Source of the DNA: Dehalococcoidia bacterium
Lineage (GTDB): Bacteria > Chloroflexota > Dehalococcoidia > Bin125
Direction of reading: 5' to 3'
NCBI GenBank assembly: GCA_963663185.1
Contig: OY760135.1
Coordinates: 463,684 to 527,683 of the forward strand
Length of the DNA stretch: 64,000 bases
Program-made: the position numbers and the translations under genes
The notes under the pieces: generated by a model
Seen by the model: only the letters and a program-made list of their open reading frames with translations
The model's database searches: none
What the model was told of the DNA's origin: nothing
Shown: positions 19,378 to 28,606 of the stretch, piece after piece
Layout: the number at the start of each line of letters is the position of its first letter
How positions within the stretch are numbered: position 1 is the stretch's first letter

Positions 19378-22300
19378 TTAGTCGTCGTCGAGGATGGTGC
19401 CGGTGGCCGTGCCGTCGGTGATAACTGCGCCATCCGCCTCCGTCAGGATCAGCGTCAGCGTCTCATCGGCCTCTCGGCGACTGTCGTCGTAGATGTTCAC
19501 GCCGGCATGGGCCCACGTCCAACCTGGCCAGAAGATCACCTTGAGGTTGCCGATCGCGTAGTCCACGCCATTCGTGGCGGTTCCCGCGCGGATGTCATAC
19601 TCGACCGTAACGGTCTCGTCCGACGCCTCGCTCAGCGTGACGACGAACGCCAGATACCAGCTCCCTTCGATATCCGAGGCGTCTGCCACCGATACCTCTG
19701 GCAGCTGTTGCGTCGGCGGCGCGTCGTCGTTGTCCGACACGGCGACCGTGCCCGCGCCTTGCGAGCTCGACACGGTGTAGCCGCTGCCCGTGTTGACCGT
19801 CGCCGTGACCGAGCCGTCCGACTCGTCGGTTGAGTCGTCGCTGGTGGCGATCGTCAACGTGACGCTGCCGCTGGTCGGGATGGTGACTGTGCGCGAGCCG
19901 GTGCTCGCGCCGAAGTCGCCGCTCTGGCTGACCGTCACGCTGACCGGCAGGTCTGCCGACGGGGAAGGACTCGCCGTGACGGTGAACTCGACGTTGCCGC
20001 CCTCGGTGACGCTGGCGCCTGCGCTGATGCTCACCACTGGCGTAATGTCGTTGTCCGACACCGCGACCGTCCCGGTCTTGCTGGAACCGAGGTCGTAGGC
20101 AGCGCCGTCAACCAGAGTCGCCGTAACCGAGCCGTCCGGCTCGTCCACTGAGTCGTCACTGGTGGCGATGCTCAACGTGACGCTGCCGCTGGTTGGGATG
20201 GTGACTGTGCGCGAACCCGTGCTCGCGCCGAAGTCGCCGTCCTGGCTGATTGTCACTTCGACATCCAGGTCAGCCGTGGGCCTCGGGCTCGCTGTGACGG
20301 TGAACTCGACGTTGCCGCCCTCGGTGACCGCGTTGCCGGCGCTGATGCTCACGACCGGCGTCGGCGGGACATCGTTATCCGACACGGCCACCGTGCCCGA
20401 GCCCTGCGAGCTTGAGACCGTGTAGCCGCTGCCGCTGTTGACCGTCGCCGTGACCGAGCCGTCGGACTCGTCCGTCGAGTCGTCGCTGGTGGCGATGCTC
20501 AACGTGACGCTGCCGCTGGTCGGGATGGTGACGGTGCGCTGGCCCGTGCTTGCGCCGAAGTCGCCGCTCTGACTGACCGTCACGCTGACCGGCAGGTCTG
20601 CCGACGGGGACGGACTCGCCGTCACCGTGAACTCGACGTTGCCGCCCTCCGTGACGCTGGCGCCGGCGCTGATGCTCACCACCGGGTCCGGTACCACGAT
20701 GACCGGCGCAACTGTCACGTCGTCGTCCGTCACGTTGACGCTTTCCGAGCCGAGTGAGCCGACCGTGTAGCCGTTGCCGCTGTTCAGCGTCAGCGACACT
20801 GAGCCGTCCGACTCATCGACCGAGTCGTCGGTCGTCGTGATGCTCAGGGTGAAGCTGCCGCTCGTCGGTATCGTCACGCTGGATGGGATCGAGCCGTAGC
20901 CGAAGTCGCCTGTCGTGACCACGTTGATGCCCACGCTGAGGTTCGCCGATGGAGCCGGATTCGCGGAGATCGTGAAGCTGACCGTGGCGCCCTCTGAGCC
21001 TCCGCTGGAGCTGAGGATGTTCACCTCAGGCGTCGGCGGGATGACCACAGGTGGAATGACCACGGTCGGTATCACCGGCGGCGGATTGGTCGTCGCGCCG
21101 GCCTCGATCAGCCGCAGCTGCGCCGCGATTGGAACCCAACGTCGCCAGCCCGCGTCGGCGTAGACTTGCGCGGCTGCCGCGGTCATCGGCTCCAGATCGG
21201 GGTAGCTCTCGACGCCGAAGGCCTCGAGCACGCGCTTCCAGCGATTCACGTGCTGCGCGCCGTTCTGCGTCTCGCCCGCGTAGCTGCGCACGTTCGCGAG
21301 CACCTGCGGGTCGACCTGCGCGTTCGTAGGCGCGGGCGCCGGTTGCGGGTTCGCCGCCTCCAGCGCGACCAGGTACTCAGCCACGGGAATCCACCTCGCC
21401 CGGCCAATGTCCACGTGGGCCTCGGCCTCGCCGGCTGTTGTCGGCTCGAGATCCGGATAGCTCTCGACGCCGAAGGCCTCAAGCACGCGCTTCCAGCGAT
21501 TCACGTGCAGCGTGCCGTGTTGTACTTCCGCCGCGTAGCTGCGTACGTCCGACTCCAACTGCGCGTCCAGCACCGGCCCGGTCGACGTCGGCGCAGCGTC
21601 GTTGTCCGACACGTCCACCGTCTGCGACGAGCTGGACCCCAGGGTGTAGCCGGTGTCCGCGTTCAAGGTCGCCGTAACCGTCCCGTCGGGTTCTTCGACG
21701 TTGTCGTCGGTGGTGTCGACGCTCAGCGTCGCGGAGCCCGATGGAGGGATGAGCACTGACACCGGACCGGTCGCAACTCCGTAGTCGCCGGTCGCCGAGA
21801 CCGTGGCGTCCACCACCAGACCCACTACGGGCGGCGGATCAGCCGTGACCGTGAAGCTGGCGGAGCTGCCCTCGACGCCACCGCTGGCCGCGGTGATATC
21901 CACCTCGGATATCGCGTAACTGTCGTCGTCAAGCAGCACGATAGCCACCGCCGACGGCTCACCCACCGAGTACCCGTCACCGGGGGCAATGCGCCCCTCA
22001 ACCCGGCCGTCGACGCGAGGTTCGCTGTCGGAGTAGGCAGTGGCGCTCCACGAGGCTGTGGTCTGGCCCGCGGTCATCGTGATCGAGCTGGCGAGCCCTT
22101 GGCCGACGTAGTCCAGCCCTTCGCCCATGAACTCCTCGACGGCGACATTCACCGTGAGGTCGGTCTGCGGCGCCTGGTCAGCGGTGACGGTGAAGCTGAC
22201 GACGCCCCCTTCGGTGACTGACGCCGTGTCCGCCGCGATGCTCAGCGTCGGCGCCGCAGCAGTCTGCTGGCGAGCAGTGACCGGGGTGCCTATGGTCCCG

Positions 22301-24159
22301 GAGCAGGCGATGCTGCGCGCAAACCAGACGCCGTAGCCACGAGTGTCAGCCATCTCGAAGCAGAACTGCAAGACCTCCCCGGCCACCCGGTCTCCCCGAA
22401 TGGTCACCGGTGTGACGGCGACCCGGTAGGGAACCGGGGTGGGAACCACGCCCCAGTTCGTCGCCGGAAGGCCCAGCACAGTCAACGCGACCGACCACTG
22501 AGTCTTGTCCCACGGATGCTTGGCCGGGATGATCGCTTCTTGTGCAGCTTGGCCCGAGGTGGTCATCGACACCTCGAACCGGTCGAAGTTCTCGTTGGCG
22601 TGCGCGTAGTCGTTGCCGTCCGCGTCGGGCAGCGCCCATCGCCACGCCAGGGTGGTCTTGAGCACGCCGCCCCGGCCGGAGGTGGAGTCCGCGTACGCCG
22701 TGAGCTCCTGGGCATAGGTGGACTGTGTCTGCGGCACATCGTGGTCGTTCACCCACGCCTGCACGCTCTGGTACTCCGCCGGGGGGATGACTCGCCGGAG
22801 AGCCGTGACCGTCTGTCCTGGCGCAGTGAAGTCCGGCACACACCCGTTCGACTCGCTGCAATGCGTTCTGGGCCTGGTGATCCCCTCTGTCGCGGGATAC
22901 TCCAAGTTCACATACTCATAGACGACAGGCCCGCCGTGAATCCGGGCGCTGTGCCAGATCTCCGTAGGTACGTGATAGCGATGCTTGGCGCAATGCACCT
23001 GCACCGTCACCGTTTGGGGCGTGCTCCAGTTCGACGAATCGAAGCGCAGCCGTGTGTAGCCGAGATTCAAGTTCACCGGCGGGGTGCCCTGCGGACCGTG
23101 CCAACGGCGGACACGTGAGTTCTCCACAGAAACGCGGCCCTTGGTATCCGGGCGCGGCAGCACTGAGTATCCCGCGTGCTTGCCGATGTCGTCGGCGAGC
23201 GCGCCGACGCCCATGTCATCGGGGTCGTAAATGTCCACATGCACATAACGGCCCGGGCCGGGGTCCTCTGTTAGCTTCACCGTATAGGTGTCCGAACTCA
23301 GGGTTGCTCCCGCACTAGTCACGCCCGACGGGCAACTCGCGTGTTCGTCGAAGCGCAGATCGCTTTTGCTCAGTTCCACCAGATCCGTAGCCACCTTGAA
23401 CACCGGCGAGATCCCGTACAAGGAGTGACTTTGGCGGCGTGAGGCAGAGGTAAAGCCTAGCGGGCCCCTTTCGCCGGGGTTCGCCATGGCTCGGCCTTGG
23501 GTGACGACCTGGCTGCCAGTACCATAGCCTAGCGGGTTGCTGGACTTGGTGCCGTTGTTGTTGGTGCCGGTCCAGGTCCAGTCGTTAGGGACCGTGGTGC
23601 CCTGCTGGTTGCGTCGGTCGGCCACCGCCCAGTTGATCCAGCGATCTTGCCAGAAGCCGTTGTAGTTCGCAGCCACCTGCGGCCCGTTCAACCAGTAGAT
23701 GAGCTCGCCGGCACCGTCGGTGGACGGGTTCATGTTGGTGTGGTCGCGGGCGTCCACCGCTGCCGTCGACCCCACCACCCTGAACAGCGACGCATACGGC
23801 CGGATCGCCGGATGCGCGATCTGATTCGCGTTCCCGCTGGTCCTGCCGATCTCCCGCTGCACGAACGTGTCGTAGGTAGCGATGTCGGTGGCCGTGGCGT
23901 CGCGCCACGTGGTGGTCACGAACAGCAGCCGGAACGTCTGGCCCGGCCCGATCCCTGACGGGATCAGCGGCCAGTCCTGCGGGACGGTGTAGGTTCCGTC
24001 AGCGCTGGCCGTCGGGACGGTCTGCGCCTGCGCCGACTCATGCCGCAGTCCTCCCGGCAAGATCGCTGCGACGACCGCAACCGCAATCAGTGCTGCCAGC
24101 GCCAGCAGCCGCCTCGCGCTTCGGCCCCTCGCCGCCCTCGCACGCCGCGCCCTCAACAT
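19378..24159 (-). CDS. Giant secreted repeat protein (1593 aa) with Calx-beta-like modules and C-terminal Calx-beta domain
   Basis: N-terminal signal MLRARRARAARGRSARRLLALAALIAVAVVAAILP. About 10 modules of about 100 aa (VSISAGASVTEGGNVEFTVTASP ... DDSTDESDGSVTATV ... VSDND), three of them near-identical. Two tandem about 70-aa NRWKRVLEAFGVESYPDLEP repeats. C-terminal Calx-beta (TVEYDIRAGTATNGVDY ... DDSRREADETLTL). Confidence 0.8.
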   Translation of the reverse strand: MLRARRARAARGRSARRLLALAALIAVAVVAAILPGGLRHESAQAQTVPTASADGTYTVPQDWPLIPSGIGPGQTFRLLFVTTTWRDATATDIATYDTFVQREIGRTSGNANQIAHPAIRPYASLFRVVGSTAAVDARDHTNMNPSTDGAGELIYWLNGPQVAANYNGFWQDRWINWAVADRRNQQGTTVPNDWTWTGTNNNGTKSSNPLGYGTGSQVVTQGRAMANPGERGPLGFTSASRRQSHSLYGISPVFKVATDLVELSKSDLRFDEHASCPSGVTSAGATLSSDTYTVKLTEDPGPGRYVHVDIYDPDDMGVGALADDIGKHAGYSVLPRPDTKGRVSVENSRVRRWHGPQGTPPVNLNLGYTRLRFDSSNWSTPQTVTVQVHCAKHRYHVPTEIWHSARIHGGPVVYEYVNLEYPATEGITRPRTHCSESNGCVPDFTAPGQTVTALRRVIPPAEYQSVQAWVNDHDVPQTQSTYAQELTAYADSTSGRGGVLKTTLAWRWALPDADGNDYAHANENFDRFEVSMTTSGQAAQEAIIPAKHPWDKTQWSVALTVLGLPATNWGVVPTPVPYRVAVTPVTIRGDRVAGEVLQFCFEMADTRGYGVWFARSIACSGTIGTPVTARQQTAAAPTLSIAADTASVTEGGVVSFTVTADQAPQTDLTVNVAVEEFMGEGLDYVGQGLASSITMTAGQTTASWSATAYSDSEPRVDGRVEGRIAPGDGYSVGEPSAVAIVLLDDDSYAISEVDITAASGGVEGSSASFTVTADPPPVVGLVVDATVSATGDYGVATGPVSVLIPPSGSATLSVDTTDDNVEEPDGTVTATLNADTGYTLGSSSSQTVDVSDNDAAPTSTGPVLDAQLESDVRSYAAEVQHGTLHVNRWKRVLEAFGVESYPDLEPTTAGEAEAHVDIGRARWIPVAEYLVALEAANPQPAPAPTNAQVDPQVLANVRSYAGETQNGAQHVNRWKRVLEAFGVESYPDLEPMTAAAAQVYADAGWRRWVPIAAQLRLIEAGATTNPPPVIPTVVIPPVVIPPTPEVNILSSSGGSEGATVSFTISANPAPSANLSVGINVVTTGDFGYGSIPSSVTIPTSGSFTLSITTTDDSVDESDGSVSLTLNSGNGYTVGSLGSESVNVTDDDVTVAPVIVVPDPVVSISAGASVTEGGNVEFTVTASPSPSADLPVSVTVSQSGDFGASTGQRTVTIPTSGSVTLSIATSDDSTDESDGSVTATVNSGSGYTVSSSQGSGTVAVSDNDVPPTPVVSISAGNAVTEGGNVEFTVTASPRPTADLDVEVTISQDGDFGASTGSRTVTIPTSGSVTLSIATSDDSVDEPDGSVTATLVDGAAYDLGSSKTGTVAVSDNDITPVVSISAGASVTEGGNVEFTVTASPSPSADLPVSVTVSQSGDFGASTGSRTVTIPTSGSVTLTIATSDDSTDESDGSVTATVNTGSGYTVSSSQGAGTVAVSDNDDAPPTQQLPEVSVADASDIEGSWYLAFVVTLSEASDETVTVEYDIRAGTATNGVDYAIGNLKVIFWPGWTWAHAGVNIYDDSRREADETLTLILTEADGAVITDGTATGTILDDD

Positions 24160-24339
24160 GAGGGGGGGGGGGGGGGTAGAGAACAGCTTGATCGGAGCGT
24201 CACGTCAGATCTCCCTTCGCTGTCTCCAGCGATAGCACCACTTACCACAAGATAGCCGCAAGCGGCATTTCACTGACGGTATTGATCTGTGATCGAGAAC
24301 GCAAGCACATGACGACCCGTCCGGGCCAATCTATGCAGC

Positions 24340-24925
24340 TATCGCAAATCCCACTCCGTCCCCGCCTCCGAGCGGGGACCCGTTCCGTCCCCTCGCAGGC
24401 CGCTACCAAGCGGGTCCCCGCTCGGGGGCGGGGACGGGGAAGGCAGGGGGGGGGGCTCCAGCCTCAGCCGTGTCGTCGTATCCGGTTCGGCAAGGGGGCG
24501 CCCCCTCTGTCACTGCGTAACATCTCCCCCGCAGAGCGGGGGAGAAAGCAGCACAGACGCGAGAACTGTTTCGGCAGCTTGCTGCACAAGTCGGTTCGCC
24601 GCTCCCAACCGACCCGGCCTCCGAGCGGGTCCCCGATCAAGTCGGGGACGGTTGGTTCAAGCCTGCGGCAGCCAATGCTGCCCTCCCGTCCCCGCCTCCG
24701 AGCGGGGACCCGTTCCGTCCCCTCGCAGAGCGAGCTAACCACTCTCGCTCGCAAGCTGCATGAGCCGCTCTCTTTTCTCCCCCCGCGAAGCGGGGGGAGA
24801 TGCCGAAGGCAGAGGGGGGGGGGCTCCAGCCTCAGCCGTGTCGTCGTATCTGGTTCGGCAAGGGGGCGCCTCCTCTGTCACTGCGTGACATCTCCCCCGT
24901 AGAGCGGGGGAGAAAGCAGAACAGA
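24340..24925. repeat. Imperfectly duplicated about 350-bp unit built from GC-rich hairpin (REP-like) elements with embedded G10/G11 tracts
   Basis: E1 CCGTCCCCGCCTCCGAGCGGGGACCCGTTCCGTCCCCTCGCAG at 24356-24398 and 24686-24728. E2 (about 110 bp, AGGCAG-G10/11-CTCCAGCC ... TCTCCCCCGCAGAGCGGGGGAGAAAGCAG) at 24441-24551 and 24806-24920. Related hairpins GTCCCCGC-N6-GCGGGGAC recur at 24412-24437, 24622-24642 and 58435-58462. Confidence 0.8.
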
Positions 24926-24973
24926 GCCGCTTTCTCCCCTCGTAGACCTGTGCGTCAACCTCTACTCCGTCGC

Positions 24974-27900
24974 TTACGTCGGATCGCCTGGTTGCGGCAC
25001 GCCGGGCAGCACCTCTGGCGCGGGCGGCGGCTCCGAGGTCACGATTACGAAGCTGCTGATCTGATCGGTCAAGGCGCAGACCTGTTGCGCGGACTCGGGC
25101 ATCGTCAGATGCAGCACGGTCCAGGTCAGGCTGTCGGGGTTCCAGCGGGCGATGTCCGTGAGTGAATCACCAACATTGGACGGCTGCGGCAGGCAGATGC
25201 GGAATTCCTCGCTGATCGCCTCATCGCGGCCCAATCGCCATACGGTGTTGGCGTCCAACAGGGGCTGGTACCGCAGCATCCAGAGCGAGATCTCGATCAG
25301 CGGTTGCGACGATGACACGTCGTAACGCCGCCCGCTCGCGTGATCCAGAATGTACCGCTCACCGTCTCGCCCTGAGCGGAAGCGCGGGCGTTTGTCGGCG
25401 ACGCTGTGGAGCTGAGTGGTGATGTAGAAGCCGCGTGATAACGCCATCTGCTCGTCAGTCAGGGTCGCTGAGAGATCGTTCAGGGTGAGCAGCCCGGTTC
25501 CGGCGCACGGCCGTTGGCTTGGCGCCTCGCGGCCCAGCGTGGGGAACGGCTGCGGGGCGGGCTCCGCCACGTCGCTGACGACGCCTCGGCAGAAGAAGGC
25601 GGGGTCTGACGCCACGATCGCGGCGCGAGGCGGATTCTGTGGACTCGGCGTGCCGCCGACGTTGGTCTGCACCGTCGGCGCGATGGTCGGCGCAATGGTC
25701 GGTGCAATGGTCGCGCGTACGATGACCTCAAGGCTCTTCTGCACAATGACGCCATTGCGGGAGATCTCGACCTGCACGGTCTGTCGGTCGGCCTGGCTGG
25801 GCGTGCCGTACAGACTGGGCTGGGTGCATCGCAGGTTGATCCCGGCAGGCAGCGTGCCGCCGGTCTGGCGGCACTGAATGCCTGTGGTGCCGCCGCTATA
25901 GCTTCCCAGATTGTGCGTAGCGGTCTGTCCCTGTTGGAATGCCACCTGCTGCGGGAAGTTGTTCACATCCAGACCGAGGTCGTTATCCGTGATCGTCAGC
26001 GTGTGGATGCCGGTCCCACCCAAGCTGTATCCAGACCCGCCAGTCAGCGTGAACACGAGCGACTCGGTCGACTCATGCACATTGTCGTTGACGATCTGGA
26101 CCGCAATGTTGACGGATGTGGCGCCCGACGCGACCGCGACCGTGCCGCTGTTGCTGATGGCATAGTCGGGCGTCGCAGCCGCGCTGCCCGACAAGCGGTA
26201 GCTGACCGAGATCGCGCTGGTCGGCGCGGGAGAGATGGAGAGCGCGACCTGGACGGAGCCGGCATCCTCAGCGGCAGTCTGCGACGCCGACGCAAACGAC
26301 ACGATCGGCGTGTTGGTGGGCGGCGGGTTGTCATTGTCGGCGATGTTGACCGTCGCTGCCGACGGATTGCCGATCGTGTACCCGCTGCGCGAATTCAGCG
26401 TCGCCGTGACCGAACCGTTCGGCTCGTCGGTGGAGTCGCCTGTCGTCGTCAGTGACAGCGCACCCTGTCCGTTGGTTCCAACCGTGACCGTCCTGGTCCC
26501 GGTTGATACGCCGTAGCTTCCGCTCGCGCTGACGGTGAGGCTGGCGTCCAAGGGGCTGTGCGGCGTTGGGCTTGCCGTCAGCGTGAAGCTGGCGGCGGCG
26601 CCCTCCGTGATGTCGGCGCCGCCCGCAATCGTCAGCACGGGCACATCATTGTCCCTGATCGTCAGAGTGTGCGCCCTCGTGCCTCCCACGCCGTAGCCGG
26701 CGCCGTCCGACAGCGTCAGCGTCAGCGTCTCGTTGGGCTCATTGTTGGCGTCGTCGGTGATCGTCACCGGTATGTCGACCACGGTCATGCCCGATGCCAC
26801 GCTGACTGTTCCGTTGTTGCTGGTCACTCCAGCGATCGAATAATCGGCGCCACGCGTCGCCGTGCCGGAGAGCGCGTAGCCGACCGACACGGTCGAAGTC
26901 GGCGCCGGCGAGATGGTCAATCTCAGGTTGCGGGCACCGATGCTCTCCGCCACCGACTGCGACGCCAATGTCCACGTCACCTGCGGCTTCGGACGGACGG
27001 TGAGATCGATCGTGAAGCTGGCGGTCTGACCCGTGGGCTGGCGAGCATCGGTCGCTGTGATGGTGTATGTCCGCCGCGATGCGGCCGCCGTCGGCGACCC
27101 GCTGAGCACGCCGCTCGTGCTGCCGAGCGTCAGCCCGGACGGCAGCGCCGGCGAGACCGTGTAGCGGACGGCGCCATCCGCATTGTGGAGCGTGGGCGGG
27201 TTGTAGCTGACCGCCGCCTGACCGACAGTCAGCGTCTGCGACGGCAGGCTGGCCGCGCCAAAGACCATCGCGTCGATTACGGAAATGTCGACGGTGTACG
27301 TCGCGGATTCGGGCGGAGTCTCAGAGTCGGTCGCCGTGATGGTGTACGTCTGCCTTGCCGACGCCGCGGTCGGTGTACCGACGATCGATCCGTCGGTCGA
27401 CAGGGAGAGGCCGGCGGGCAATGCCGGCGACACGCTGTATCCGACTGCGCCGTCCGCGCCGTACATGGTTGGGCGATTGATCTGAGGGTTGATGGAGCTC
27501 GCTGATCCGAGCGGGATGTCCTTGATCAGCGACCGATGGCCGAGCGAGTTGGGGTTGAACTTCAGTGATGTCGGAAGGAAGGTCACCGTCACCTTGTGCG
27601 AGGCCGACAGGGTAGGTTTCGCCCCCTTCGAGTACACACAACGGACGTTGATCGTGTACGTCACCGGGTTCGCGGCGGGGACTGAAGCGGCGCGACCGAT
27701 CAGAGGCCATTGTCCGTTATTTGACAGCTTGGTCACGGCCAGACCGTTGTAACTCAGGCCAAAGTCAGGGGTCGGCTGGACATTCAGCGCCCCACCGTGT
27801 TGGTCGTGGGCCTGGAGCGGGTACAGCGTCACCGCGCATTCCGTGGTGTTGTTGGAGTGCCTCGGCACGCCCACCAACGTCGGAGCGGCGTAGACCGGCG

Positions 27901-28081
27901 TTTCGCCCACCTCAACGGAGACCGCCACCGTCGCCGGGCTGAAGGAAAAGGGCGGCTCGCTGGCCCGCGAGCTCTGAGCGTCTCCGAAGAGAGACGCGCC
28001 GAACACCGCGCCAACGACGGCGGCAAACGCGATCAGCAAACCGACGCCTTTGAACATGTGTAACTGGACGTGGTCTGTCAT
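24974..28081 (-). CDS. Giant secreted protein (about 1035 aa) with Ig/cadherin-like and Calx-beta-like domains
   Basis: Likely start ATG at 28081 preceded by GGGGAGGAGGAAC (the ORF-track TTG start at 28105 is less likely). N-terminal TM/signal GVGLLIAFAAVVGAVFGASLFG. Repeated YxVSPALPAGLSL..TG.ISGTPT..YTITATD (putative Ig domain) and SVTEG...FTLTAS...DDS.DEPNGSVTATL modules. Contains in-frame TIAPTIAPTIAPT (12-nt x3 repeat at 25660-25700). Confidence 0.8.
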   Translation of the reverse strand: MTDHVQLHMFKGVGLLIAFAAVVGAVFGASLFGDAQSSRASEPPFSFSPATVAVSVEVGETPVYAAPTLVGVPRHSNNTTECAVTLYPLQAHDQHGGALNVQPTPDFGLSYNGLAVTKLSNNGQWPLIGRAASVPAANPVTYTINVRCVYSKGAKPTLSASHKVTVTFLPTSLKFNPNSLGHRSLIKDIPLGSASSINPQINRPTMYGADGAVGYSVSPALPAGLSLSTDGSIVGTPTAASARQTYTITATDSETPPESATYTVDISVIDAMVFGAASLPSQTLTVGQAAVSYNPPTLHNADGAVRYTVSPALPSGLTLGSTSGVLSGSPTAAASRRTYTITATDARQPTGQTASFTIDLTVRPKPQVTWTLASQSVAESIGARNLRLTISPAPTSTVSVGYALSGTATRGADYSIAGVTSNNGTVSVASGMTVVDIPVTITDDANNEPNETLTLTLSDGAGYGVGGTRAHTLTIRDNDVPVLTIAGGADITEGAAASFTLTASPTPHSPLDASLTVSASGSYGVSTGTRTVTVGTNGQGALSLTTTGDSTDEPNGSVTATLNSRSGYTIGNPSAATVNIADNDNPPPTNTPIVSFASASQTAAEDAGSVQVALSISPAPTSAISVSYRLSGSAAATPDYAISNSGTVAVASGATSVNIAVQIVNDNVHESTESLVFTLTGGSGYSLGGTGIHTLTITDNDLGLDVNNFPQQVAFQQGQTATHNLGSYSGGTTGIQCRQTGGTLPAGINLRCTQPSLYGTPSQADRQTVQVEISRNGVIVQKSLEVIVRATIAPTIAPTIAPTVQTNVGGTPSPQNPPRAAIVASDPAFFCRGVVSDVAEPAPQPFPTLGREAPSQRPCAGTGLLTLNDLSATLTDEQMALSRGFYITTQLHSVADKRPRFRSGRDGERYILDHASGRRYDVSSSQPLIEISLWMLRYQPLLDANTVWRLGRDEAISEEFRICLPQPSNVGDSLTDIARWNPDSLTWTVLHLTMPESAQQVCALTDQISSFVIVTSEPPPAPEVLPGVPQPGDPT

Positions 28082-28606
28082 GTTCCTCCTCCCCATTAGC
28101 GACAATCAACGACACTCCGTAGGCGACCGGCACTGACGCTTGGGTCCACGCAGGTCGGTAGCCGATAGTGTATGTAGGCATTTGCAAACAGAGTCGGTTT
28201 TTGACACATTATTGATCTGGCGCGCAGGCACACGCTGCTTCAGTTCGCGTCGATGACCAGTTACATCAAATGCAGGTAAACCAGCCGATAGGTTATGCAC
28301 CAAAGTAGATCGCCGCCGACCGCGAATTGTGAACGGCGACAGCGACCTCCGGCTTGCCTGCGGTCTCTTCAATCTGAGAGAGCTTGGGAGGGCGGCAGGG
28401 CCAGACCAAGGCCAGACCAGGGCCAGACCAGGGCTTGTTGACATAGCTCCGTTCAGTGCCCCGCTCAACCCCAGATCGATGGTCGTGCCCGCGCTTGCCG
28501 CGGATATCTTGCGGCAGTCCGCAGGCGGCAGCTTAAACGCCGCGCCACAGCCCTCTCTGGGTGTGGAGAGCTGTGGCGGCGTTTCCTGCGGGGAGGCGGC
28601 TTGCGA

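Noticed and set aside
24282-24902. 206-aa plus-strand ORF across the hairpin-repeat region
   Set aside because: Its sequence is dominated by translations of the duplicated hairpin elements and G-tracts (RPRLRAGTRSVPSQ repeated) and it has no start context. More likely non-coding repeat DNA.
28106-28468. 120-aa minus-strand ORF upstream of the 1035-aa adhesin
   Set aside because: It lies in the promoter/5' region of the adhesin gene, has no RBS or motif, and contains the 11-nt tandem repeat. Treated as non-coding.
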